Numbered from the stretch's first letter, positions 18,001 to 25,163 are shown. The stretch: DNA of 64,000 nt from Ignavibacteriales bacterium (GCA_016214905.1 JACRMQ010000007.1:631695-695694); one strand, 5' to 3'. A program made the numbers and translations. Notes: a model not told the origin generated them from the letters alone.

Positions 18001-21000
18001 CCCGTGAAATGAGTCAATTGATCCTTGATAAACGTGCCGTTATAGAATCACTATACAAATTTGGTCCTTTGACAAGCGACAATTATAAGCATGCACTCGA
18101 AGCAAATGGCTATTCGAAAGATAATGAGTGTAACGGTCAAGTGCCCACGCAGGGAAAGAATCTACTTTTCCATTTCAATACAATTGAAGGATTTTCTAGC
18201 TCTGGAATGCTTGATGCTCTATGTGAACGATTCACTGTCTACATTGAAAAGAATGAACTAGACCATATTAAAGCAGAGCTAGATTCTAATCAACAAACAA
18301 CAGAGGTATTCCACTGGTTGGGTGTTTTGATTGACCGACTTCGAAGTGGTGTAGATAAGAATGTCTATTCAATTCTTCCTGCTGTTCAATCAGATAAGAA
18401 AAGTGAAGATATCGGTAATGATCTTGAGAGTAAGTGTCTCAGATCCTTATTTCAATACAAGGTTGCACCAGGGGACGTGATATGGTCAGATGATCGTTTC
18501 ATGAACAGTTATGCCCATCGTGATGGGGCACCAATAGTCGGAGTAAACGAAATATTAAAAGGACTTGTCGCAGCCGGGTCTATCAATGAGGATGTTTACT
18601 ATGAGAAGATAAGTCGGCTACGTGCTGGAAATGTCCTATTTGTTCCAGTACTAACCGAAGAAATTCTATATCATATACGACACGCACATGTTCATGAGGG
18701 AACCCTTGTCGAGACCGATGATCTCATAATACTTCGACGTTACATCTCCTACTGTTTATCAAAAGGTCACCTTCTCCAGCGTCAGCCAATGCAGGAAAAT
18801 GCACCGAACAGAGACGGTGAGATTGCTTTTATCATAAGTCTAGGTCGTGCCTTAAATGAAGCGCTTGTTGAGATTTGGTGGGACGAAAATGAAGAAGAGA
18901 GAATTCTGCTTGCAAGGTCAGAATGGGTTCTGAACAATCTACTTATGAATCACCTCGCCATTTTTGAACAGACGGGCTTACATAAACCTGAGCACGATGA
19001 CCTCTTCATTACGGCACTTAGTCTTTCAATTCTCTTGACCCACGCCATCCAGTTCAAAATTAAGTCTTCATCGCTAAAAGAAACTCCGCGTCAAAAGTAC
19101 TTTCGGTGGTTATACCACCGCGTTCTTCGGATGCGATTCGAAGCCGATCCGCACCTTCCAGAAATTGTTGCAAATCAAATCAACAAGACACTGCAATCAA
19201 TGCCTATCAAAAGCGCTGATCCGCAGACTATCAGTGCAGAATTGTTCATCCTGCAATCCTATTTTCATGATCTCCCCGAACCAATTCGTGAAGCACTTTC
19301 GAAGGATCATGACTTCATGGAGAGTATTGGATTGAAATATGGTCCACTTGTAACAGTAGCAGAACATTCATTTGAAGCCCAGACATTTTACAGTGCTGTT
19401 TTGGAGGCAATTAATGGGAGAGAAGTAATAGCATCAACGACTCATCCTGAAAAGAGAGATATTACCTTTATGCCAATGTTGGAGGGCAGATCTGATGGTT
19501 TTTGCATCATAAACCCTTCTACAAATGAAAGACTTCAGGTTGTAGAGGAGACAATTGGAATACTCCGAGATTCTATAAACGAACAACAGACTTTTCTAAA
19601 ACAACATCGATCTTGGTTCGATGTTGATGAAGAAACATACACAAAAATCTCTACTGAGATTCTTTCAATTCGAGATGCTCGAGGAAGGATGGATGAGATC
19701 CAATCATGGCGTGATAGAAGTATGAGCGTTCATTACCAAACCATCACATCAAAAATAAGAAAGACTTCTCAGATCAATTTACAGCAACTAGATCCACCAA
19801 CAGCTGAAGGTATTCTTGGGTATCTACGTATTCCTTTGTCCGCAGGACCAGGGGCAGAGTTCAAACGTGCATTAGAGATTGCTGCAACATTGTTGATCGC
19901 AGAAGAAGGCCTTTCTGAGGCGATAAAGCGACTTTTTGCTTTGCCTGTTCCATTACCAGATGCTCTTTTAGATGCTGTCACACAACTTTCCCGGGAAAAA
20001 CGTCGATCTCTAATCAAAAGAATATTGAGAACTTCACCATCACCCGTGTCGAGAATTCATTTAATTCGTATTATCTCGGATTGTCTTACGGATTCACCAT
20101 CTTATCTATATCTGTTACGTCGAATTGTCAGAGGGTTGCTAAGTGATGAGGGAAAAGAATGCTTTGGAGCGTTTTCAAGTGTTCTGAAATACTTCAATGA
20201 AGAATTTACTCATTCAAATAAATTTACGAAAATACCTTATCATATTCGGTTGGCAGCTTGCTGGGCGCACTCGAACCAAATTTTTTCGATATTCGTTTTC
20301 GAGGGAACACCGATAAAATGGATAGAAGAAACCTTTTCAATCTCGCGGCAACGGTTGCCTTCTGATGTCTTCAAGCGAGATCCTGAGTATTGGTTCAATA
20401 TTATCCACCCCCGACGAATCAATAGGCTAGGATTCCTACTTTCAGGTATTGGATATTCGTTCGGACAAAATGCTTTACACATAGTCAATGAGCATATACT
20501 AGGTATAATTACTGAGGTAGCCTTTCCTGTTATCAATGGTAAACCATTCCCGTCTCATGAGATTTTGCTTGATCCTTCTCTCTTTAATGATTCGGTGAAT
20601 TCATTTCTTAGCGGCGATCGCGGTGAGAAACTGGCGCCATTGCTTGGCAACGACTTGGCCGACATGCTCAGCAAAGCATCACTTGAAACCTCGACTCTTG
20701 ATGTGGTCAAGTCTCTTATCGAGCGACAAACCGATTTCTCACTTTGGGCATTATTACACGCGTTGATCGGTGAGTTGCCTCCCCCGAAGGAGGTCGCGGA
20801 ACATTTGAAATCCTTGATGCGAAAAAGTGACTTGCTCGAGATCTACCATTCTAATGTCGAAGCTGGACAGTTCGCAGTGCTTATGTTAACCCAACAGTTG
20901 ATCAATCTTAAGGATGAAGGATTGCGTCAGAGGTTTCGCAGTCAACTGATTGCGTTGACAAAATATCTTGCAGACAATCTTTCTACTACCAAGATATCAA

Positions 21001-21245
21001 GGCAAGACGAATACCCAAACAAAATACAATATGTTCTTGTTAAGTCTGCATTCAATATTTCGGTTGCAGTAGAGCCACCCAGAGATTCGGTAGAAGGGTT
21101 TCAGGCTTTACTGACTGACCTCGTGAAAGCATGGCCAGCAATGATCCCTGCATGCAGTACTCTCGTTAATCGGTTTTGTGAGGAATTACCTATCGTCGAG
21201 GCAAAAAAGCTTTATCACTTGCTTGTTCGAATTCGATTGCACTGA
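15042..21245 (+). CDS. Giant (2067 aa) multidomain protein: N-terminal HNH-like nuclease, TPR-like array, internal PIN-like segment, ~800-aa helical C-terminal region of unknown function
   Basis: A single uninterrupted ORF. aa ~20-110: CSNPKC...VAAHITAAAPGGKRYD...RNGIWLCTDCAKIID (HNH family, with the last His replaced by Ala). aa ~180-760 is TPR-like helical repeats. LHLDITSILLAEHLG... and ...VIWSDDRFMNSYAHRDGAPIVGVNEILKGLVAAGSI resemble a split PIN. No Walker A motif seen. The start is uncertain (TTG 15042 or GTG 15057). Confidence 0.75.
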   Translation: MRSNIVRDDFSQSVKELLAKRVNYLCSNPKCLRQTLGPHSDQSKFVSVGVAAHITAAAPGGKRYDRSLSKKERMSSRNGIWLCTDCAKIIDTDEVAYPVDLLQTWKRSAETLASKAFQSGFSIASEGSSLSLLYSINADNQELVSQINTITEKELEDQRQSWREGKREDAQLWISSVKTNDTIWLALPGETKGKILNFEAAIGLDSMSDINHVQILINQAGQIAPSVNQVRLRAMLTYKMSGPIDAIKLLDEQTDIDGLNLKAALYLETGEIQKCEEIFVCDGGLDALTKQKPNAEVFRIRALLHLVKREIDLSRLAIRKALELQPKWESIRITAALINYFCVIVPAALPARLMPWPEPVDWRALKRDNDSVRYLREATETFKELIESHRNNLEIRQTFESWFIACLLNDAMRQDEAIACCQNFLKDDPAHYRIVAWVTSRNLDIDLRPSIHTLENLIRRKNATAIHVVILVSCYLIKKRSTKAIKLLQQQKNIFLQQKGKELWHFWNVQSYVVGEDIKGAARAIKECSTEINTQSLEEMILHAQFIKDGKPEPLIEYLESIHRKTNDPIYLLEACEVMAQGGNWKYVSERADILIKEVQSIQAVRLTAISTLNNGDPGTCLKIIDDHIHIFPDRQLPSDLRRVRIQATRALGLLPDALAEAEKLAHDDSSTTNILNCAQLYFETGDLKGLATNARLLIDRTDVTSEQLLNLVRLVNLGDHNLACALWRKAMNNGIPDSTVSLAFGLAFQLGLEKEIGSLHKRMADLSHSSRHGVKMFSLDDLISLIKNQREHTEKIEDAYNNGIAPIHLIVELANKTLVELYHWSLTKREQARDPQYQSYLLARHGGKLLMNCFPQEAPSWNLHLDITSILLAEHLGIFDFIEKSFTPIMIPMETIPALLYMQERMKYHQPSRLEEFRAILNMIEMQKIFVIEDRLKEEYENHSLIEEMGMDWVSLLENARIKNGYLVDFLPLIKNDRSGPPSALSREMSQLILDKRAVIESLYKFGPLTSDNYKHALEANGYSKDNECNGQVPTQGKNLLFHFNTIEGFSSSGMLDALCERFTVYIEKNELDHIKAELDSNQQTTEVFHWLGVLIDRLRSGVDKNVYSILPAVQSDKKSEDIGNDLESKCLRSLFQYKVAPGDVIWSDDRFMNSYAHRDGAPIVGVNEILKGLVAAGSINEDVYYEKISRLRAGNVLFVPVLTEEILYHIRHAHVHEGTLVETDDLIILRRYISYCLSKGHLLQRQPMQENAPNRDGEIAFIISLGRALNEALVEIWWDENEEERILLARSEWVLNNLLMNHLAIFEQTGLHKPEHDDLFITALSLSILLTHAIQFKIKSSSLKETPRQKYFRWLYHRVLRMRFEADPHLPEIVANQINKTLQSMPIKSADPQTISAELFILQSYFHDLPEPIREALSKDHDFMESIGLKYGPLVTVAEHSFEAQTFYSAVLEAINGREVIASTTHPEKRDITFMPMLEGRSDGFCIINPSTNERLQVVEETIGILRDSINEQQTFLKQHRSWFDVDEETYTKISTEILSIRDARGRMDEIQSWRDRSMSVHYQTITSKIRKTSQINLQQLDPPTAEGILGYLRIPLSAGPGAEFKRALEIAATLLIAEEGLSEAIKRLFALPVPLPDALLDAVTQLSREKRRSLIKRILRTSPSPVSRIHLIRIISDCLTDSPSYLYLLRRIVRGLLSDEGKECFGAFSSVLKYFNEEFTHSNKFTKIPYHIRLAACWAHSNQIFSIFVFEGTPIKWIEETFSISRQRLPSDVFKRDPEYWFNIIHPRRINRLGFLLSGIGYSFGQNALHIVNEHILGIITEVAFPVINGKPFPSHEILLDPSLFNDSVNSFLSGDRGEKLAPLLGNDLADMLSKASLETSTLDVVKSLIERQTDFSLWALLHALIGELPPPKEVAEHLKSLMRKSDLLEIYHSNVEAGQFAVLMLTQQLINLKDEGLRQRFRSQLIALTKYLADNLSTTKISRQDEYPNKIQYVLVKSAFNISVAVEPPRDSVEGFQALLTDLVKAWPAMIPACSTLVNRFCEELPIVEAKKLYHLLVRIRLH

Positions 21246-21441
21246 TGAGAATTTGGTTTTACGGAATCAAACAGAGTTGATTTGAGCTAACTAATTCACT
21301 CCTTCGGTTACGTTTCATATTCAAGCCGCGCAGCATTTTATATTATAACATTTGATGTGTACTACCCGGGCAGGATGAAACGTAAAGTCTAAACCGCAAA
21401 CTAAGAGCACACCCATGCTTCAGGCTTTTATTCCCAATTAA

Positions 21442-21479
21442 TTTTTTCAATATAGTTGTGCACACTTGTCTTTTTCGGC
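21442..21479 (+). repeat. 38-nt direct repeat, copy B (right boundary of the cassette)
   Basis: ttttttcaatatagttgtgcacacttgtctttttcggc, 36/38 identical to 13346-13383. Lies 197 nt after the giant gene's stop. Confidence 0.85.
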
Positions 21480-21557
21480 TGACGCCTCAAAAGAACAAGA
21501 GAGCACTTTATCATAGTCGTCCCGCATCGAAGCGGGACTAATTAACATGAGCGCAAA

Positions 21558-21609
21558 TCCTGCGGTTTTAAAATTTATTATAATATTTTTAGGTTTTTAA
21601 AACGCAGGA
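21558..21609. repeat. Long AT-rich hairpin
   Basis: tcctgcggttttaaaa (21558-21573) pairs with ttttaaaacgcagga (21595-21609), 15 bp with one bulged g, ~21-nt AT loop. Confidence 0.5.
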
Positions 21610-21668
21610 ATTGCTCACTAACTCTTACTAATCCCCATTTCTATTGACTTAATCCTACCACAACCAAG

Positions 21669-21845
21669 CCTCCGCAATCATACTGTTATTCAATAAGCCA
21701 AAACTAAAATCGGCTTCGCGATTCCATTTCTGAAAGTTTCTCGATAGGGATGGAATCGCTCTTTATTTTGCCTGCATTCACTCGCAACCGTTTATGATTG
21801 CGGAAAGTTCTCTTTGGTTACTTTCTCTTCAAAGAGAAAGTAACA
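21669..21845. ncRNA. Structured repeat element, copy 1 (candidate non-coding RNA; family not recognised)
   Basis: 177 nt sharing its ends and stem-forming segments with 23296-23473. P1 ccgcaatcata (21672-21682) / tatgattgcgg (21793-21803). P2 gcgattccat (21718-21727) / atggaatcgc (21760-21769). Terminal 12-bp hairpin at 21817-21844, plus a competing hairpin 21808-21817 / 21829-21838. Strand undetermined. Confidence 0.5.
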
Positions 21846-22180
21846 ACTCCAACTCTTATTTTCTGAGCTCCTACATTCTAACTTAACAAACGCATTGTTG
21901 CTAACTTCATCATTTGATCAGGCATCCCGACTCGATTGCCATCTAGACGGGATCTGTTCTTTCCCCAGCATAAACACAAAGTCCCACAACCGGGTGGTGA
22001 GCGCCGTGGGAGGGCCGGTCACTCACGTGGGATCCCGGAAGTGGGACAAAACCGCATCCAATCTAACACATTCCTAATTATTTTTCAAATCTCAAAACCT
22101 ACTATTCAACTCATTTAATTGACCGCTTTAAATTGAAATATATCCCCGATAAAATCCCACTCCCTCGTCAAGGGCAAGTC

Positions 22181-22208
22181 TCCCGCCACAAGAGAAGTGG
22201 CGGGATTT
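22181..22208 (+). terminator. Terminator-like hairpin in gene-free DNA
   Basis: tcccgccac (22181-22189) / gtggcggga (22197-22205), a 9-bp GC-rich stem with 7-nt loop followed by ttt. No protein gene lies upstream within ~900 nt, so it may end a small RNA or be a REP-type element. Confidence 0.35.
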
Positions 22209-22255
22209 AAATCGTGAACGCTCACAATCATATCGCTCCACTCCTTCATAAACCC

Positions 22256-22297
22256 TGTCCTGAGCGATCCCGCTCCTTGAGCGGGAGAGCCGAAGGA
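22256..22297. repeat. REP-like element of the gtcctgagcg...cgaagg family
   Basis: tgtcctgagcgatcccgctccttgagcgggagagccgaagga is nearly identical in outline to 62302-62343 (tgtcctgagcgatcccgctagaagagcgggagagtcgaagga). Contains the hairpin tcccgct/agcggga. Confidence 0.7.
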
Positions 22298-22625
22298 TCA
22301 GTCCGTTCTGCTCTATCATTGCTCGCTAAAAAATTTTGGTTCCCTCTCACGTCACCGCAGGATTGTATTCACAAACCTGTGGTGTGTGGGGAAAGAAGAA
22401 GTGGCAACATCCACGCCATTCCGTTTTACGGAAGTGTCATGTATGTCGCATATTCACTTCTTCTCTCCCCCAAAATTTTATTTCACGACCCTTGACTTCG
22501 GTCGTCCCTTTGAAATGATGATCTCTACAAGCGGTCAATCAGTTTTTGAGAAGTTTTTCGAGAAAACTGCCCTGAGCGAAGGCGAAGGGTCTGACTGCAT
22601 TTAATCACAAATACAAGAGGTCATT

Positions 22626-23219
22626 ATGTCACATCAACAACTCAACCAAATCTTTTCACAATACATTTCAACTTTGTATAACGCTGCAAAACGAATGATC
22701 GACAAACGGCATCCACAGTATGATGATAAAGTTCAAGACCTTGTCATTCTTGCGTACGAGGAATTTATCCGTAAAGTTAATGAAGGGAAAATAATGGAGC
22801 TTGCGCTTCTAATTCATTACATGAAACTTCGCAAGAAAGAAGTGCAGATAGAAATGAGAGGGTATTCCCGGACAAATAAAACTGACGTGTTCAATAAGCG
22901 GAATTATTATGAAGGGAAGTTAGAGCTTCATTCAATCGACAATTCTATCTTCAATGGTGAAGGAGACACATACGCAGATATTATTCAAGATGAATCCAAT
23001 CTTGAAGATTATCTTCATTATAAAATAGATCTTGATACCCGTTTATCAAAACTATCAGAAAAGGAGAGAATTATTTTTATGATGAAAGAAGAAGGTTACA
23101 ACGATGACGAAATCGCTCAAGCAGTGTCGGTTAACATTCAAACAGTCAAAAGTTTTATAGACCGACTTTTATTGGAATTCTCCAATAAACACTCGAATCA
23201 ATTTACACTTCAACTTTAA
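22626..23219 (+). CDS. Sigma-70-family-like factor / region-4 HTH protein (phage or mobile-element type)
   Basis: 197 aa. The C-terminal LSEKERIIFMMKEEGYNDDEIAQAVSVNIQTVKSFIDRL looks like a sigma region 4 / LuxR-type HTH. The N-terminal half is only loosely region-2-like. Confidence 0.55.
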   Translation: MSHQQLNQIFSQYISTLYNAAKRMIDKRHPQYDDKVQDLVILAYEEFIRKVNEGKIMELALLIHYMKLRKKEVQIEMRGYSRTNKTDVFNKRNYYEGKLELHSIDNSIFNGEGDTYADIIQDESNLEDYLHYKIDLDTRLSKLSEKERIIFMMKEEGYNDDEIAQAVSVNIQTVKSFIDRLLLEFSNKHSNQFTLQL

Positions 23220-23295
23220 CTTACCTATAATTCCCACCGAAAAGGATTCCGTCTCAGCCAAATGAGACGGAATTCCACTTCCTATATGTTTTTCC

Positions 23296-23473
23296 CCTCC
23301 GCAATCACACTGTTTTACAATAGCCCTTAACAAAATGAGCTTTGCGATTCCGTCATTCATAGCCATGATCAGGCTAAGGAATCGCTTTTTAATCATGCTG
23401 CTATTTCGAAAGCAACCGTTTGTGATTGCGGAAAGTTCTCTTTGGTTACTTTCTCTCCAAAGAGAAAGTAACA
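23296..23473. ncRNA. Structured repeat element, copy 2
   Basis: P1 ccgcaatcaca (23299-23309) / tgtgattgcgg (23421-23431). P2 23344-23351 / 23378-23385. Terminal hairpin 23445-23456 / 23461-23472. Perfect competing hairpin ttctctttgg (23436-23445) / ccaaagagaa (23457-23466). Ends 110 nt upstream of the next gene. Confidence 0.5.
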
Positions 23474-23582
23474 ATTAATCAATTTCTTTCTTGACGACTG
23501 AATGAAAATCCATCCACAATAACTTTGGTATAAGAAGTATGCAATCAACAATAATCCAAAACAATTAAAAGGAGATTTTACA

Positions 23583-24302
23583 ATGAACACACAAAGAGAA
23601 TTTGTGCAACTCAAAGAGCACTACATCGCAGACGTCACGCTGAAATTTGCCACCGGTCTTAAGAAGGAAGGTCAATTCGGTCCGTATTTACTTTATTCCG
23701 TTCAACACGAAGGGAAAGAGAAGTTCTTGAAAGTTACGGATCGGTTGGAGAAGCAGTTCCGTAAGTTCGACGTGAAAGCCGGTCAAGTAGTAAGCTTGTT
23801 AAAAGAAACCATCACACCGAAAAATGGTGAGCCGTTTACGGTGATAAATGTACTCGAATGCAAGGATGCACCTCACGAAGTGATGGATTCCCAAAAACCC
23901 GAGAAAAAGGAGGAGTTGATTCCACAAAAAGTGGAAAGTGCTCAACCCATCCCACAAACACCAGAAGGTTTTTCCGGTGATACATTAACAATGTATCAAT
24001 CCTTACATGATGCAGTCGACATCACAAAAACCATTGATGGAGTGGAGTGGAGAAATACCGACATCGAAAAAATCGGTGTTTGTTTGTTTCTCTCACGCAC
24101 CGGACAGCTTACAGTCGATAAGGTTCTTTCCAATGGTAATGGAAACGGTAAGCGCTTACATCGTTCTGCACCAAAGGCGCATCAGCCTCTGGCTGATAAG
24201 AAAGTTGAAGATGTGAAACCAGCTACAGTCCCTGAAAAGGTTCAAGAAATGGTTCCGGTACCAGCTGAGGTAGCCGTTGAAAAAGACGACTTGCCATTCT
24301 AG
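23583..24302 (+). CDS. Hypothetical protein with SSB-type acidic C-terminal tip (possible phage ssDNA-binding protein)
   Basis: 239 aa ending ...VEKDDLPF, resembling the D-D-D-I-P-F tip of bacterial and phage SSBs. A Pro/Glu-rich linker precedes it. The N-terminal ~95 aa could be an OB fold, but I recognise no canonical SSB motif. Good RBS (aaaggag). Confidence 0.45.
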   Translation: MNTQREFVQLKEHYIADVTLKFATGLKKEGQFGPYLLYSVQHEGKEKFLKVTDRLEKQFRKFDVKAGQVVSLLKETITPKNGEPFTVINVLECKDAPHEVMDSQKPEKKEELIPQKVESAQPIPQTPEGFSGDTLTMYQSLHDAVDITKTIDGVEWRNTDIEKIGVCLFLSRTGQLTVDKVLSNGNGNGKRLHRSAPKAHQPLADKKVEDVKPATVPEKVQEMVPVPAEVAVEKDDLPF

Positions 24303-24322
24303 CAGTTCAGAAAATAAATCGA

Positions 24323-24349
24323 AGGCACGGTTCAAACCGTGCCTATTTT
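24323..24349 (+). terminator. Rho-independent terminator
   Basis: aggcacgg (24323-24330), ttcaaa loop, ccgtgcct (24337-24344), then atttta. Lies 21 nt after the stop codon. Confidence 0.75.
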
Positions 24350-24380
24350 AAAATCACATTTTATATGAAAGGCATCTATC

Positions 24381-24893
24381 ATGACCGAAACATTATACGA
24401 AATCACAAAAGACCTGATCATTCTCAATAATCTTGACGAAGTCGATTCGACTAATGGACAGGAGGGAAACGATAAACTCGAACAACTTCAACAAGCTCTC
24501 GATAATCTCAATATGAAATTTATTGATAAGGTTTGTAACATCGTGAAATTTGTTAAGAATCTTGAGGCACACCGGGATGCTTTGGCTGCCGAAGCTAAAC
24601 GGCTTGCTGAACGAAAACGATCATTCGATTCTCGAATTGACTGGCTTAAGAAATATGTTAAAAACGCTATGGAAGTAACTCAATCAAATAAAATCAAATA
24701 TGCGTTTTTTACAATTTATGTTGCACCAAGCCAACCGAGTGTCGAGGTTAGAAATATCGATGAAGTTGAGGAGGAGTTCCTCAAGGTGAAAAAGGAGGTC
24801 GATAAAACAAAAATCATGGAACAGGTGAAATCTACCGGAGTTATTCCCAGTGGAGTAGAAATCGTTCAAGGTACGCACCTTGTGATTCGATAA
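24381..24893 (+). CDS. Siphovirus Gp157-like protein
   Basis: 170 aa. Central coiled-coil NLEAHRDALAAEAKRLAERKRSFDSRIDWLKKYV, then F...V..S.PSVEV...D...EEF...K...DK..I and GV.I....HL.IR. This follows the Gp157 family pattern as I remember it. Confidence 0.6.
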   Translation: MTETLYEITKDLIILNNLDEVDSTNGQEGNDKLEQLQQALDNLNMKFIDKVCNIVKFVKNLEAHRDALAAEAKRLAERKRSFDSRIDWLKKYVKNAMEVTQSNKIKYAFFTIYVAPSQPSVEVRNIDEVEEEFLKVKKEVDKTKIMEQVKSTGVIPSGVEIVQGTHLVIR

Positions 24894-24901
24894 AAAACGA
24901 T

Positions 24902-24932
24902 GATACCGTCTCTCCATTTCCGAGACGGTATC
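24902..24932 (+). terminator. 11-bp hairpin directly after the Gp157-like gene
   Basis: gataccgtctc (24902-24912) / gagacggtatc (24922-24932). No clear T-run follows. It occupies the first 11 codons of the tracked ORF 24900-25163, arguing against that start. Confidence 0.4.
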
Positions 24933-24944
24933 GCTTACTTACAC

Positions 24945-25163
24945 ATGGAAAAGAAAATTCAAAAGTTCAGCAAGGAAGGCGACCTTGTCTTAGTCGAGGT
25001 ATGCGGAGAACTCCATTTCGGAGTTGTTGCGTTTGCTTCCCGACGCTGCATCTGGACAAGCGCACCGTTGGAGCGCGGTACAATTCTCGGTGTGAAAGTC
25101 GCCGCTTTACCAGAGAAGCAAAGAATCTACACTTATGAACCTTTCGAAGATTCAGGATTGTAA
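24945..25163 (+). CDS. Small hypothetical protein (72 aa)
   Basis: The ATG at 24945 lies after the hairpin. No motif recognised. Ends exactly where the A-poor sequence begins. Confidence 0.3.
   Translation: MEKKIQKFSKEGDLVLVEVCGELHFGVVAFASRRCIWTSAPLERGTILGVKVAALPEKQRIYTYEPFEDSGL

Noticed and set aside
21895-22604. Six tracked 60-93 aa ORFs in the 21.9-22.6 kb gap.
   Set aside because: They overlap each other and the REP-like/hairpin elements, have atypical composition and no start context.
23169-23614. Minus-strand ORFs 23169-23474 (101 aa) and 23393-23614 (73 aa).
   Set aside because: Both run through copy 2 of the structured repeat, and the equivalent frame is not preserved in copy 1. 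They also overlap + strand gene ends.
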